This document shows, piece after piece, positions 36,399 to 45,780 of a DNA stretch of 64,000 nucleotides. The notes below the pieces were generated by a model. That model saw only the letters and a list, made by a program, of their open reading frames with translations. It had not been told where the DNA came from and did not search any database. The number at the start of each line of letters is the position of its first letter. Within the stretch, counting starts at the first letter, position 1. Source of the stretch: Albugo candida (lineage: Eukaryota); the NCBI GenBank assembly GCA_040437565.1, contig JBDOQK010000008.1, positions 496,001 to 560,000 on the forward strand, in the 5' to 3' direction. Position numbers and translations under genes: made by a program.

Positions 36399-39377
36399 AT
36401 GGCCAACGCAAAAATTGTCACCAAGAAAAAGCCGAGCGACTTTAAGCGACCGAAACGTAAAGTAGGACGTAAAGCTGCACCACGATCCAATGTGACATCT
36501 GTGAGTATCAAATCTCGTCGACTCCATTTGCTCGAGCAAAGTGCGTTGCAAAACAAAGAAGAACTGGCACGACCAGCTCACGCACATGACACGGCCGGGG
36601 ACACATTAGCGTGGACACGTCGACATTTGACCCTTGATGACCTACTACATCAAATGACGCACTACAACGGCAATATACGTCAGAAAGCTCTGTGTGGAAT
36701 GCAAGAACTTGTCCGTCTGGGGCATGGAAATACTCTTCTCACAAATATATCTCCAGTACTCGAGAAAATGCTCTCAGTTTTATGTGATCATGAAGCCATT
36801 GTTCGGGAAGCAGCAGTCTCAACGTGGAAAGTGGTGTTACCAGCTCTAATTGGAGGACCCGCAGCAAAAGCTGCTATGGAACCATTTGCTCGACTTTTAA
36901 GCATCTCAATTTGCAGTGGAATGACACATATACAATCTGGAATTCGACAAGATACATTACGGATAATCAAAATCGTTCTCGAGATTGTCCCCGAGATGCT
37001 CACCGTCTGGGCCGGTGTGAAAACGTTCAGCTTGCTGATCGAGAATTTCTCGGATATCATGTCGTCTTCATCGACTCAAGGAATACAGGTAAGAAATCAG
37101 TATGAAGCATTAACAAGTAAAAAAGTGTCGTCCAGAGTTGCACCTAAAGCTCGCAAGAAGGAAGACACAGCGGTGAGCGTGCGCCTACCAACTGGTGCTC
37201 TTGAATTGCGATTCTCAGCGTTGGTCGCTCTACATCATATACTGGAAGAAGCGAAATGCCACCTTTTTGCGAATTATTGTGAAGCCAAAAGTCCGATTAA
37301 TCTTAGACGAAGTGCTGTGGTGAGTGGCGGTAACTTCCTGCCACGTTGTGCTACAGCCAAGGAGATCCACGGCTTACTCATATTTCCAAAAGTACACCAT
37401 GATGAAATGAAGCCTTCATTCCATAGCCTTGGTCAGACCGATCAAAGTGATATGCCGCCTCATAAGTTATTTTCACTACTTCGACCTTTGCTTGAAATTT
37501 GGATGGAATGCTCCGAATACTCTGCTGATACTTTATCGGAAGCATATACTCAGCACATGAAAATGATCATACAATGTGTCACAATCATATTCCAAGCAAG
37601 CAAGGCACACATTGGCAACTTACTCTGCGAATGCGAGCAACAGCCTGCAACATTATCCGTCAAAAATCGATCGGGGGACAAATCTGACCGAAAATTGCTG
37701 CTCGATATGCAGCACGAATTTCTTCTGCAACACTTTCCAATGTATCCGAGTACTCTGAGCTGTGAAGCAGAGACCGTACGCATGTTGAGATGGCATGAAT
37801 TCAATATATCGGCATGCAATTTAGGTTGTGTTTTACAGTCCATCGTTCACAACTCGAAAAAACTTGAAATTATGACCGAACCCATAAAATCAATCTTTAT
37901 CGAAATAGACGGAAAGATGAAGGCATTTTTGACGCAAATGCTCGAAACATTTGGAAACTCCACACAACTCCGAAGACTCCCCGGTGTTTGCGATGTCATC
38001 TTTAGCATGCTGCAAACACTTGATCTTTATCTAAATTCGAAATTGCCTCATTCAAATGATGCTGAAGAGCTTCTATGTCGATTCACGTCGTTGTATACAC
38101 AATTCACGCCACGATCCAAATCATTTCAGTTATGCACGGAATTTGCCATACGCCAGCTGTCAGTCAACAAGGCAAAAGATCGAAACAGCCAAAAGAAAAT
38201 TGAATTGAGTCATTCGGTGACAATGTCATGGCTAAACTGCGTGATGGACCTAATTACACAAATGGGAATTCCATCATCGACATCCTCAGAGTCGCTGTCT
38301 CGTCAAGGACTGAACGTTCTGATTGAAACACTAAAGATCCAGCCTAACGAAAAGAGTGACGAAGAACCCCTCCTGCAAGAACTCGTTTCTAAAGTCATTA
38401 CCTTTTTCGAATTACCTTCCCGCTCAAAGGATCCGAGTGATAAGCTGCATCCTCAAATTTGTCGATTTGTTGATTTAGACCCAAATGACCAGTTCTTATT
38501 CGCGTCCATTGTGTATCACTCACCTCAATTTTCGATTCGTCTGTTACAAGCGCTGGCCCAATGCTGTAAGAGCACACAAATTCATTGTGATGTGAAGACA
38601 TATATTTTGGATATTCTACTATGTAGAAGAGAAGAGGTGGATCTCGGCCATTTTGTAAGCTTTCTCGTGACCGCAGCATTTCGAGAGCCGACCACGTTGG
38701 CTCCGGACGAAGCTTTGATTGATGAATTTCTCGTCGTTCGTCATGTTGGGCGAACCTTACTAAAGCTGGATTTAGGATGCAGTTTGTCAGTCATTATGAC
38801 GCCGCTACTCGCATCACAAGCGCGTGATTTACTCGAGTGTTTCGACCAAACGCGGAATGAACATGAGCGATTACTTAATTGGAATGTCAAGACACTTATT
38901 GTGGTCTATACGGCTTGCCTTCGGTCAAGTCAAAGTGATACAATTACGCCAAAGGCAGCCTCTTCCGATGAGATGCACGATCGTATGGCGAGAATTATTG
39001 AAATAACACTAATGGCAGCTTCAGCAGTGGAAAATGGGCTCAAATTGAATATTGTGGACGCTGTTATCAGTCTGTTACTTTGTGACGGACAAATTTTTGC
39101 AAAAGTTCTGGGTCGGATTTCAAAAGTGGAAAAAAAAGAAATCGAATCGGCGAATTTGATGCAAAAAATACAAATTGTCCATTTTCTGATCAAGAACAAC
39201 GGGTTACGAAATTCCATTGTACAGAATCAGAATATGATCCGGCAATTCATCGAAGATTGTCACCAAATGGCAAAGGATATTAAAGGTCAAGATACTGGAA
39301 ATTGGAGTAAGACAATTCGTCACCTTGATCAGGATTTTACATTCGTCTTACAAGCGCACCAATGCAATGATCCTTGA
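36399..39377 (+). CDS. TEX10: TEX10/Ipi1-like Rix1-complex pre-rRNA processing protein
   Basis: KKKPSDFKRPKRKVGRK...NVTSVSIKSRRLHLLEQ; LTLDDLLHQMTHYNGNIRQKALCGM; SGMTHIQSGIRQDTL (Ipi1_N-like). Confidence 0.85.
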   Translation: MANAKIVTKKKPSDFKRPKRKVGRKAAPRSNVTSVSIKSRRLHLLEQSALQNKEELARPAHAHDTAGDTLAWTRRHLTLDDLLHQMTHYNGNIRQKALCGMQELVRLGHGNTLLTNISPVLEKMLSVLCDHEAIVREAAVSTWKVVLPALIGGPAAKAAMEPFARLLSISICSGMTHIQSGIRQDTLRIIKIVLEIVPEMLTVWAGVKTFSLLIENFSDIMSSSSTQGIQVRNQYEALTSKKVSSRVAPKARKKEDTAVSVRLPTGALELRFSALVALHHILEEAKCHLFANYCEAKSPINLRRSAVVSGGNFLPRCATAKEIHGLLIFPKVHHDEMKPSFHSLGQTDQSDMPPHKLFSLLRPLLEIWMECSEYSADTLSEAYTQHMKMIIQCVTIIFQASKAHIGNLLCECEQQPATLSVKNRSGDKSDRKLLLDMQHEFLLQHFPMYPSTLSCEAETVRMLRWHEFNISACNLGCVLQSIVHNSKKLEIMTEPIKSIFIEIDGKMKAFLTQMLETFGNSTQLRRLPGVCDVIFSMLQTLDLYLNSKLPHSNDAEELLCRFTSLYTQFTPRSKSFQLCTEFAIRQLSVNKAKDRNSQKKIELSHSVTMSWLNCVMDLITQMGIPSSTSSESLSRQGLNVLIETLKIQPNEKSDEEPLLQELVSKVITFFELPSRSKDPSDKLHPQICRFVDLDPNDQFLFASIVYHSPQFSIRLLQALAQCCKSTQIHCDVKTYILDILLCRREEVDLGHFVSFLVTAAFREPTTLAPDEALIDEFLVVRHVGRTLLKLDLGCSLSVIMTPLLASQARDLLECFDQTRNEHERLLNWNVKTLIVVYTACLRSSQSDTITPKAASSDEMHDRMARIIEITLMAASAVENGLKLNIVDAVISLLLCDGQIFAKVLGRISKVEKKEIESANLMQKIQIVHFLIKNNGLRNSIVQNQNMIRQFIEDCHQMAKDIKGQDTGNWSKTIRHLDQDFTFVLQAHQCNDP

Positions 39378-39816
39378 CGAGATGTTGTGTGAGGTTTGAT
39401 GAAGACGGTGGCTCGTATTTGTCATTCAGGAATCAGCCAGGATAGTTTCGCCTCGATCAAAATCGACTTCTTGATTTTTTTTTACAATATGTCCATAGGG
39501 TACTGATATCCCGACAACTTTTCTTTTAATTACATGCCTAGTTATATTATTACTGCATCGTTGCAGACACCTCTGGAGCGGACTGCTCGATCCTGACGCC
39601 TCACAACTTTTTCTGTTTTGAAAAATACATAAATGATTTTATATTTCTAACTAATTACAATCATACACACCCTAAATTGTTGCTCCAACAACTTCAATCG
39701 AGAATTATTTGTGATTGGCTAATACCCAGATGTTTCAACTGTGATAGGCTAATACAGATGACAATTTCCATTTGACACATATTTCTATTTCTATACGCTA
39801 CCTCCAAGATTGCAAA

Positions 39817-40395
39817 ATGCTTCCCCACCAGTACACCAAACCTACAACACACTTGAAGAGCTCTTCAAAGCTGCACAAGAGTTTGCATTCATTGAAGGCT
39901 ATGCGCTAGCTATTAAGAGCTCTACCAAAAATCTGCGATATTAAACAAACTGCGAGTTAGGAAGGACATACGATACAAGGTAAGATTGGAGCACAAAATT
40001 TCAACTCTACTGATACAAAGTAAAACAGGTCAAACCTTACTCAGGAGAATCGACAGCGCCAAACTGCCACCAGATTAATTGACTGCGCGTTTTTGCTGTA
40101 CGCTACAATATATAAACGTGATTCAAAATGGAGATTGCTTGTGAAAAATGGTCAACATAACCATGAAAGATCAAAAGATATTGCTGGGCATCCAATAGCA
40201 CGAAGGCTTAAGCAGCGAGGAAGACCAGTAGGATCAAAGCAATCTTTTCAGAATGAAGCCTCCTTAAAACGAGACCATCAGCATTTGAGCATCAGACACA
40301 AGGAAAATGCAGGGTGCAGCAATTACGGCAAAATCGGCCATAACAAGCGGTCTTGCAGAATTCCGGTTACAAGCTTAGCTTCAAGACAAGCTTAG
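39817..40395 (+). mobile_element. Degenerate, internally deleted Mutator-like (MULE) transposase remnant
   Basis: FAR1/WRKY-like N-terminus YNTLEELFKAAQEFAFIEGYALAIKSSTK...CELGRTY...TRLIDCAFLLYA...WRLLVKNGQHNHE...GHPIARRL is joined directly to C-terminal RGRPVGSK...CSNYGKIGHNKRSC (degenerate Zn knuckle). Stops and frameshifts present; no DDE domain. Confidence 0.75.
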
Positions 40396-41151
40396 TAAAA
40401 ATTAGCTATTTTTCATTCACAGGATTTTTTCATAACACATTTTATTTTCGGACGTTAGTCTATAATAACTCCTGCATCTATACGACGCATTATAGCTCAA
40501 CAAACTGGCAATGAATCGTCTATTAATGATGTTTAGCTCATTTGAAGGTATCTGTATTACTAGAAGGGAGCCGCTAACCAGCCCCACCCCTCCTACATAC
40601 AGCACTCTAAGCTATGATTACGAGTTATGATTGGCTAAAAAGAGTAGCCTTATTTGCATATATGTTCTAAGAAGCGGTTTTACAATATTAAGATTGGCCA
40701 GGTCTATATCTAAATCTACTGCTACAGGTGTTGCTGGTGCTGTTGGTGCTGCTTTGCATTTTCTTTGCAATGACAGCAATCTGGATTTCGCAAGTAAGGC
40801 GAACTGAATTGTCAGATAAATGTAACTTGTGCTAGCACAATTAGCATACAATAGAAATTACCTGTTGACACAGAGATCCATTTTTTGAGAGCAGCATGGC
40901 CGCTACATGCCCGTCCATAATGGCGCTTGTTGTGTAGGATAGCAAAAAAATCTTTTTGTGAACAGCTAAGTTGTCTCAAAGTAGCTCATCGAAGCAGCGA
41001 AGGTGGCATGCATTGCTGAAAGTTTGGNNNNNNNNNNNNNNNNNNNNNNNNNNNNNNNNNNNNNNNNNNNNNNNNNNNNNNNNNNNNNNNNNNNNNNNNN
41101 NNNNNNNNNNNNNNNNNNNNNNNNNNNAAACGATATTTTCCTAGGAAACTC

Positions 41152-42501
41152 ATGCAGCACTCAAGTAATTTCCCAAAATCAAAAGCTATTATATTGATCG
41201 GTGGTCCAAACCATCAAGGCAACCACTTTCGTCCACTCTCGCTAGATCTTCCAAAACCGCTTTTCCTAATTGCCGGCCGAGAAATGCTTTATTTCCACGT
41301 GGAGGCGTGTGCTCGACTTGCAAATTTATCCGAGATTCTGATGATTGGATCGTACGATGAACGTCTTTTCACTCGATTCTTTGACCAAATGATGAAGCGA
41401 TTCAATGTAATAATCCGATACTTACGTGAGGATAAACCTTTGGGTACCGCTGGCGGCATTCGTTTTTTCCAGGAAGAAATACTACAGGACGATCCAGAAG
41501 CTTTATTCGTCTTACATTGTGATATTTGCTGCACATTTCCGCTGAACGAAATGATGCATTTTCATCTACAATTGCAAAATCATTCGCATTTGGCGCAAAG
41601 GGATATCGAGAAGTGCCGATGCACGATTTTGGGGAAAAGGGTATTCCACGATGAAGCAAAAAAATATGGTTGTCTAGTGAAGGATCAAGAAACGTCCGAA
41701 ATAGTGCATTGGGCCGAAAAACCAGAAACTTTTGTCAGTGATATTATCAATTGCGGAGTGTATCTGTTTGATATCGGATTCATGAAGAAGGTAATCCAAG
41801 TTGGAAATGAGATACGATTCCGTCGTTTGAGTCGAAGTTCCGACTGGGAATTGGTGGATAATGCAAACCAATACGATCTCAAAAAGCTATTTCCTGAATT
41901 TAGCAATCTCAATAATCTTCGATTGGAACAGGATGTGCTAGTTCCGCTTGCTGGGCATAGAGCATTGTACCTCTACGAGATGGGTGATTTTTGGTGTCAG
42001 ATTAAGACTCCAGGAATGGCGATTACTTGCTCAGAACTCTATATGCAGCGATTTCGGTACACACAACCAAGTGCACTGAGCGTAAATGGAGGGAAAATGC
42101 AGCCGCAAATTGAAGGAAATGTCGTTGTCGATCCGACCGCAAAGGTACATCCTAGCGCCAAAGTTGGACCGAATGTGACGATCGCTGCAGGAGTCACAAT
42201 TGGACGAGGCGTTCGAGTGGCACACTCCATCATCTTGGAAGGCGTGGATATCAAAGATCATGCGTGTGTACTATTCTCTGTCATTGGATGGAATTCAACC
42301 ATCGGCCAGTGGGCAAGAGTGGAAGGCGAAGCACCGAATGCATCACAAATACAATTACAATCGAATGAGAGTGCGTTGGTACGGGATGTCACGATATTTG
42401 GTGTTGCTGTGGTCGCGAATCCTGAGATTATAATTCGAAATTGCATTGTGTTGCCTCACAAAACGCTATCGCTCAGCTACCATGACGAGATATTACTGTA
42501 A
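41152..42501 (+). CDS. GMPPA: Mannose-1-phosphate guanyltransferase alpha-type subunit
   Basis: KAIILIGGP...FRPLSLDLPKPLF, YLREDKPLGTAGG, EKPETFVSDIINCGVYLF, FWCQIKTPG, left-handed beta-helix and C-terminal IVLPHK...EILL. Confidence 0.92.
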   Translation: MQHSSNFPKSKAIILIGGPNHQGNHFRPLSLDLPKPLFLIAGREMLYFHVEACARLANLSEILMIGSYDERLFTRFFDQMMKRFNVIIRYLREDKPLGTAGGIRFFQEEILQDDPEALFVLHCDICCTFPLNEMMHFHLQLQNHSHLAQRDIEKCRCTILGKRVFHDEAKKYGCLVKDQETSEIVHWAEKPETFVSDIINCGVYLFDIGFMKKVIQVGNEIRFRRLSRSSDWELVDNANQYDLKKLFPEFSNLNNLRLEQDVLVPLAGHRALYLYEMGDFWCQIKTPGMAITCSELYMQRFRYTQPSALSVNGGKMQPQIEGNVVVDPTAKVHPSAKVGPNVTIAAGVTIGRGVRVAHSIILEGVDIKDHACVLFSVIGWNSTIGQWARVEGEAPNASQIQLQSNESALVRDVTIFGVAVVANPEIIIRNCIVLPHKTLSLSYHDEILL

Positions 42502-42745
42502 TCGAGGGTCAAAGTTGAGTAGAGTTCGTGAATAATAACGATAGTATAATGGAAATATACACTGCGGAACGACGTCACATCACACATCACAACTGGGCGG
42601 TTAGCAACGATCGAGCTGACCAGCTCGATGTTAGACGGAGAACGATGCGCTAGATGCCCTTCCACGAAATCTGATACTTGAAGCAATACTCCTTCTAACA
42701 GAAATATATCAAACGTGTTGATACGTTCTTTGTATGTAAAAGTAT

Positions 42746-43225
42746 TCAGCTCAAAATGCAACTACTTTTTGCAAGAGATACAATGTCCGTATCGCGGCAA
42801 TTTCGACATCGATACCATCCAATTGTTTCCTGTCGAATAGATGCGTCGCGTTCGAATGGCTGATTGCAATTTCGGCAATTGAATAGCTTTGGCGGCTCTT
42901 TGTTGTATGCCTTGCTGAACTCGTATCCATTACCTTTTAATGGCGTGGTACTCGATGGATGACTTAGCTGCGACTTTTCAGTGATTGCTGTAGCGATGGG
43001 GAAAATGCATTGTGTAGAACATACGGGACAGTGTATATTTTGATGCAACCATTCATCGATACATGGCGAGTGATAAATGTGTGTGCAGCACAGATATTTA
43101 ACTGGCGAATGCGGAACAATGACTTGGTGACACAATGAGCATTTCTGTTTTTCGGTCGTATCCGCGCAAGGCTCAAAAGCAACGACGGGAATTTCTATTG
43201 GATTTTGCGGCAGCGATGGCGTCAT
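42746..43225 (-). CDS. Small RING-H2 finger protein with a second CxxC...CxxC finger and C-terminal CaaX
   Basis: CSLC-x14-CTHIYHSPCIDEWL-x5-CPVC; CRNC...CRNC; ends SSCILS*. Confidence 0.85.
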   Translation of the reverse strand: MTPSLPQNPIEIPVVAFEPCADTTEKQKCSLCHQVIVPHSPVKYLCCTHIYHSPCIDEWLHQNIHCPVCSTQCIFPIATAITEKSQLSHPSSTTPLKGNGYEFSKAYNKEPPKLFNCRNCNQPFERDASIRQETIGWYRCRNCRDTDIVSLAKSSCILS

Positions 43226-43476
43226 TCTGTTATTGTTTCGGAAAGGAATGTTGTATTGTTGATTGCATTTGTGTCCAACATTACGGTATTTCGGCAAATC
43301 AAATATTTCCTACAGTTTTGTCGAATTGGATAGGGGCTTGAGAGATATTGTCCAATCAGGTGATGTCTGCGAGTACTACTGTGGTTGACTGAAATGATGA
43401 AGTATTGTATGCAGGAAAGAAAAGACCACAGCAAACACTCACAAAAACTACAAAGACATATTTTAAATGACAAATA

Positions 43477-43977
43477 TTATAGATCCAATTGAAAAATGTC
43501 TGTAAAGGTTTCAAATGAATCCGACTCCTTCAAATTTGAGCGTGAGTCCGCTACTTCTTCAGCGTATTGCTTAGTGGCAATAGACTGATGAGCGAATTCA
43601 GACTCGGGGAAGAAAGCCATGTTCTGATATGATGAAGATGAATCATGTGATGATTCACTTGGATTTTTATAACGATCTAAATGTTCCCATTGACTCCATG
43701 GATGTTTCGGTGAGTCTTGTATGGACTCTCGCAAGTAGGCAGATTGATCGTGAACAATTTCTTTTCCGGGGATAAATATTGGAGCTGTACGCTGGAGTAC
43801 TTTTCGTTTCGGGACAAACAAATGCGGAGATGCACTTTTCGGTCGTAACCAGTGCCTTCTCATTGAACATGGTGGCGCCTCGAGTTCTGACTCGGAATCC
43901 GTATCCATTTCAGTATCTATTCCTGACAAAGACATTGTCGCCATTGCCAAATCTATCATCGACGGTAGTTGACGCAT
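43477..43977 (-). CDS. Hypothetical small Ser/acid-rich protein ending in FQLDL (TOS-like motif)
   Basis: 166-aa ATG-initiated ORF with disordered composition, RTAPIFIP motif and C-terminal DIFQLDL*. Confidence 0.6.
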   Translation of the reverse strand: MRQLPSMIDLAMATMSLSGIDTEMDTDSESELEAPPCSMRRHWLRPKSASPHLFVPKRKVLQRTAPIFIPGKEIVHDQSAYLRESIQDSPKHPWSQWEHLDRYKNPSESSHDSSSSYQNMAFFPESEFAHQSIATKQYAEEVADSRSNLKESDSFETFTDIFQLDL

Positions 43978-44350
43978 CGGCTCTGCCTAAAAAGTTGAAT
44001 GTCGTCGGAAAGCTGCAAATTGAACACTAACCCGACGGCGGCCATGAACTGTGAAAATTTTTACAGCCGAGCGCGGCCATATATCCCCATGCCAACTACC
44101 AATCACATTGGAATACGCAAAATTGTTGGCGAATTGGCCCTAATCGCTTGTAATTGAATCTCCGATCGAAGCGTACCTGTTTCTGATTGGAGAATCATTC
44201 GGTATTATGATCAATGACAAAATGTAATCTTTTCATAGCATTCTAATTTGAATTGGCAATTGACGTTAGAAAACAGACAACCCTTACTTGAATTTTGACA
44301 GCTGTGTGCCTGCCCTACGCTCTGTCTACATCAACAAATATGTGACGTTT

Positions 44351-45030
44351 ATTGAACTACCTCTTACTGTACATATTTTCTTGCTAATAATTCAAGAGCG
44401 CAGAAGCCTTGTCAGATATACCAATATATCGACTACGTGGTCCACTCGTACTCGCGGCGCTTTTTCAGAGTGACTATTGATGTACTTCCACAAAAATGCT
44501 GGTGCACTTTGTAAGATGCTTGGCTCGAGTACTATGAACGATCAGCCATATCTCACGTATAATCTGGCTAGACTATAGTAAATTGTAACACTTGCTTTGT
44601 CGAATGAATTTAATCTCCAGTTCATTTGATGCAATTCAACTGCCCATTTCTGATGATCTTTGAAAAGTGAAGTCACCAATTTTGAATTGGAGCTTCACAG
44701 ACAAACGCGCGCTATCAAACGTTCTTGCAGCTTTCGTCGTACAGGTATTATTGTTACCAAGTAACAATGTAAAATTATTGGATAGAATGTGCTAAACATG
44801 TAAGCTAAAGTGAATTTGTGATGTCAGTCGCAACGATTTCAATGTACCATCAAGTCGGAGCGCTTCGTTTTCTTGCTATTAAAAGTGCTCGAGTAATCTC
44901 ACTGTGAAATGTCTTTACTTGCCGTAAGTGCTTCTTGATGTCCATCAAGTACATCATCGACACGCCAAGTTATCGGCTGATACAACTCAACTTAGCTACA
45001 TATTAGGAAGTGTGAGTATCGTCTTTGAAT
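44351..45030 (+). pseudogene. Putative decayed CCG-like effector relic 1
   Basis: Hydrophobic ELPLTVHIFLLIIQ (compare MRSLPLVSTSIWLL); about 40 codons later FSE*LLMYFHKNAGA; downstream TCRKCFL (44920-44937) and KCEYRL* (45008-45028). By-eye similarity only. Confidence 0.35.
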
Positions 45031-45229
45031 ATCGAATGGAGCAAAGCAATGATTTTACAATAAATGCTCATTGAGCCATTAAAGTGACAGCGGGTATCGA
45101 TAGGAGTCCTTTCGTCTAATTCGTCCTCACCAGAAAAGATCGAGGCGCATTCCCAATTGCTTTACGATAGAATTCAAACGGGGTCCGCGCATTCCGATCT
45201 TTGTCATTCCTCGACCTTTGTTTACAAAT

Positions 45230-45695
45230 ATGTCATAACGCTTCGATATTAATTATACAATTTATGCATTCGTGCCATCTGTTTTGGAATGAGCTGACAA
45301 CTCGAAGAGTGTACACAAATTCTGACGTCTCCACACAGGTGATCCGATAAGTGAGTTTGTAAGCCTTTCTTTGTGTTTTCGCTGGATGTAGACCTCGCAC
45401 TCATACCCGACTTGTAGCTGAACAGTGCTTGCAATCAGACTCTGCTTCATTCTGTTAAGCACAATTACAATGTGAACAAAGCTTTTTGTAAAAAAGACCG
45501 TTTATGAGCGGTAACGTGTCGAGGGTGTGGAGGCAACATGAAGAATGTAGCGAGCAGAAAAAAATGATCATGAATTCATCTGCTGCCTCGGAGTGCGAGT
45601 TTGTCGCTAGCAATACTGCGTTACGTCAAATAGATGCTGCTTACTGTAATGATACATGTCGCCATGCTCATGACTTGCATTTCCTAGTTGTTTAA
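45230..45695 (+). pseudogene. Putative decayed CCG-like effector relic 2
   Basis: 45358-45386 reads TGT AA GCC TTT CTT TGT GTT TTC GCT GGA = C-K(fs)-A-F-L-C-V-F-A-G versus intact CQHCLLVFAG; then AFCKKDRL* (compare NCEKTRVC) and YCNDTC. Confidence 0.4.
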
Positions 45696-45780
45696 ATACA
45701 ATTCTGGAACGCGAGTATTAAAAGTGGATATAACACTGAATGAGCATATAGATGCTTAAACTTTGATCCTGATCATCCGG

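Noticed and set aside
40460-40860. Minus-strand ATPVAVDLD segment reminiscent of retrotransposon gag PxPMDLD
   Set aside because: No recognisable zinc knuckle or pol sequence follows; too degenerate to call.
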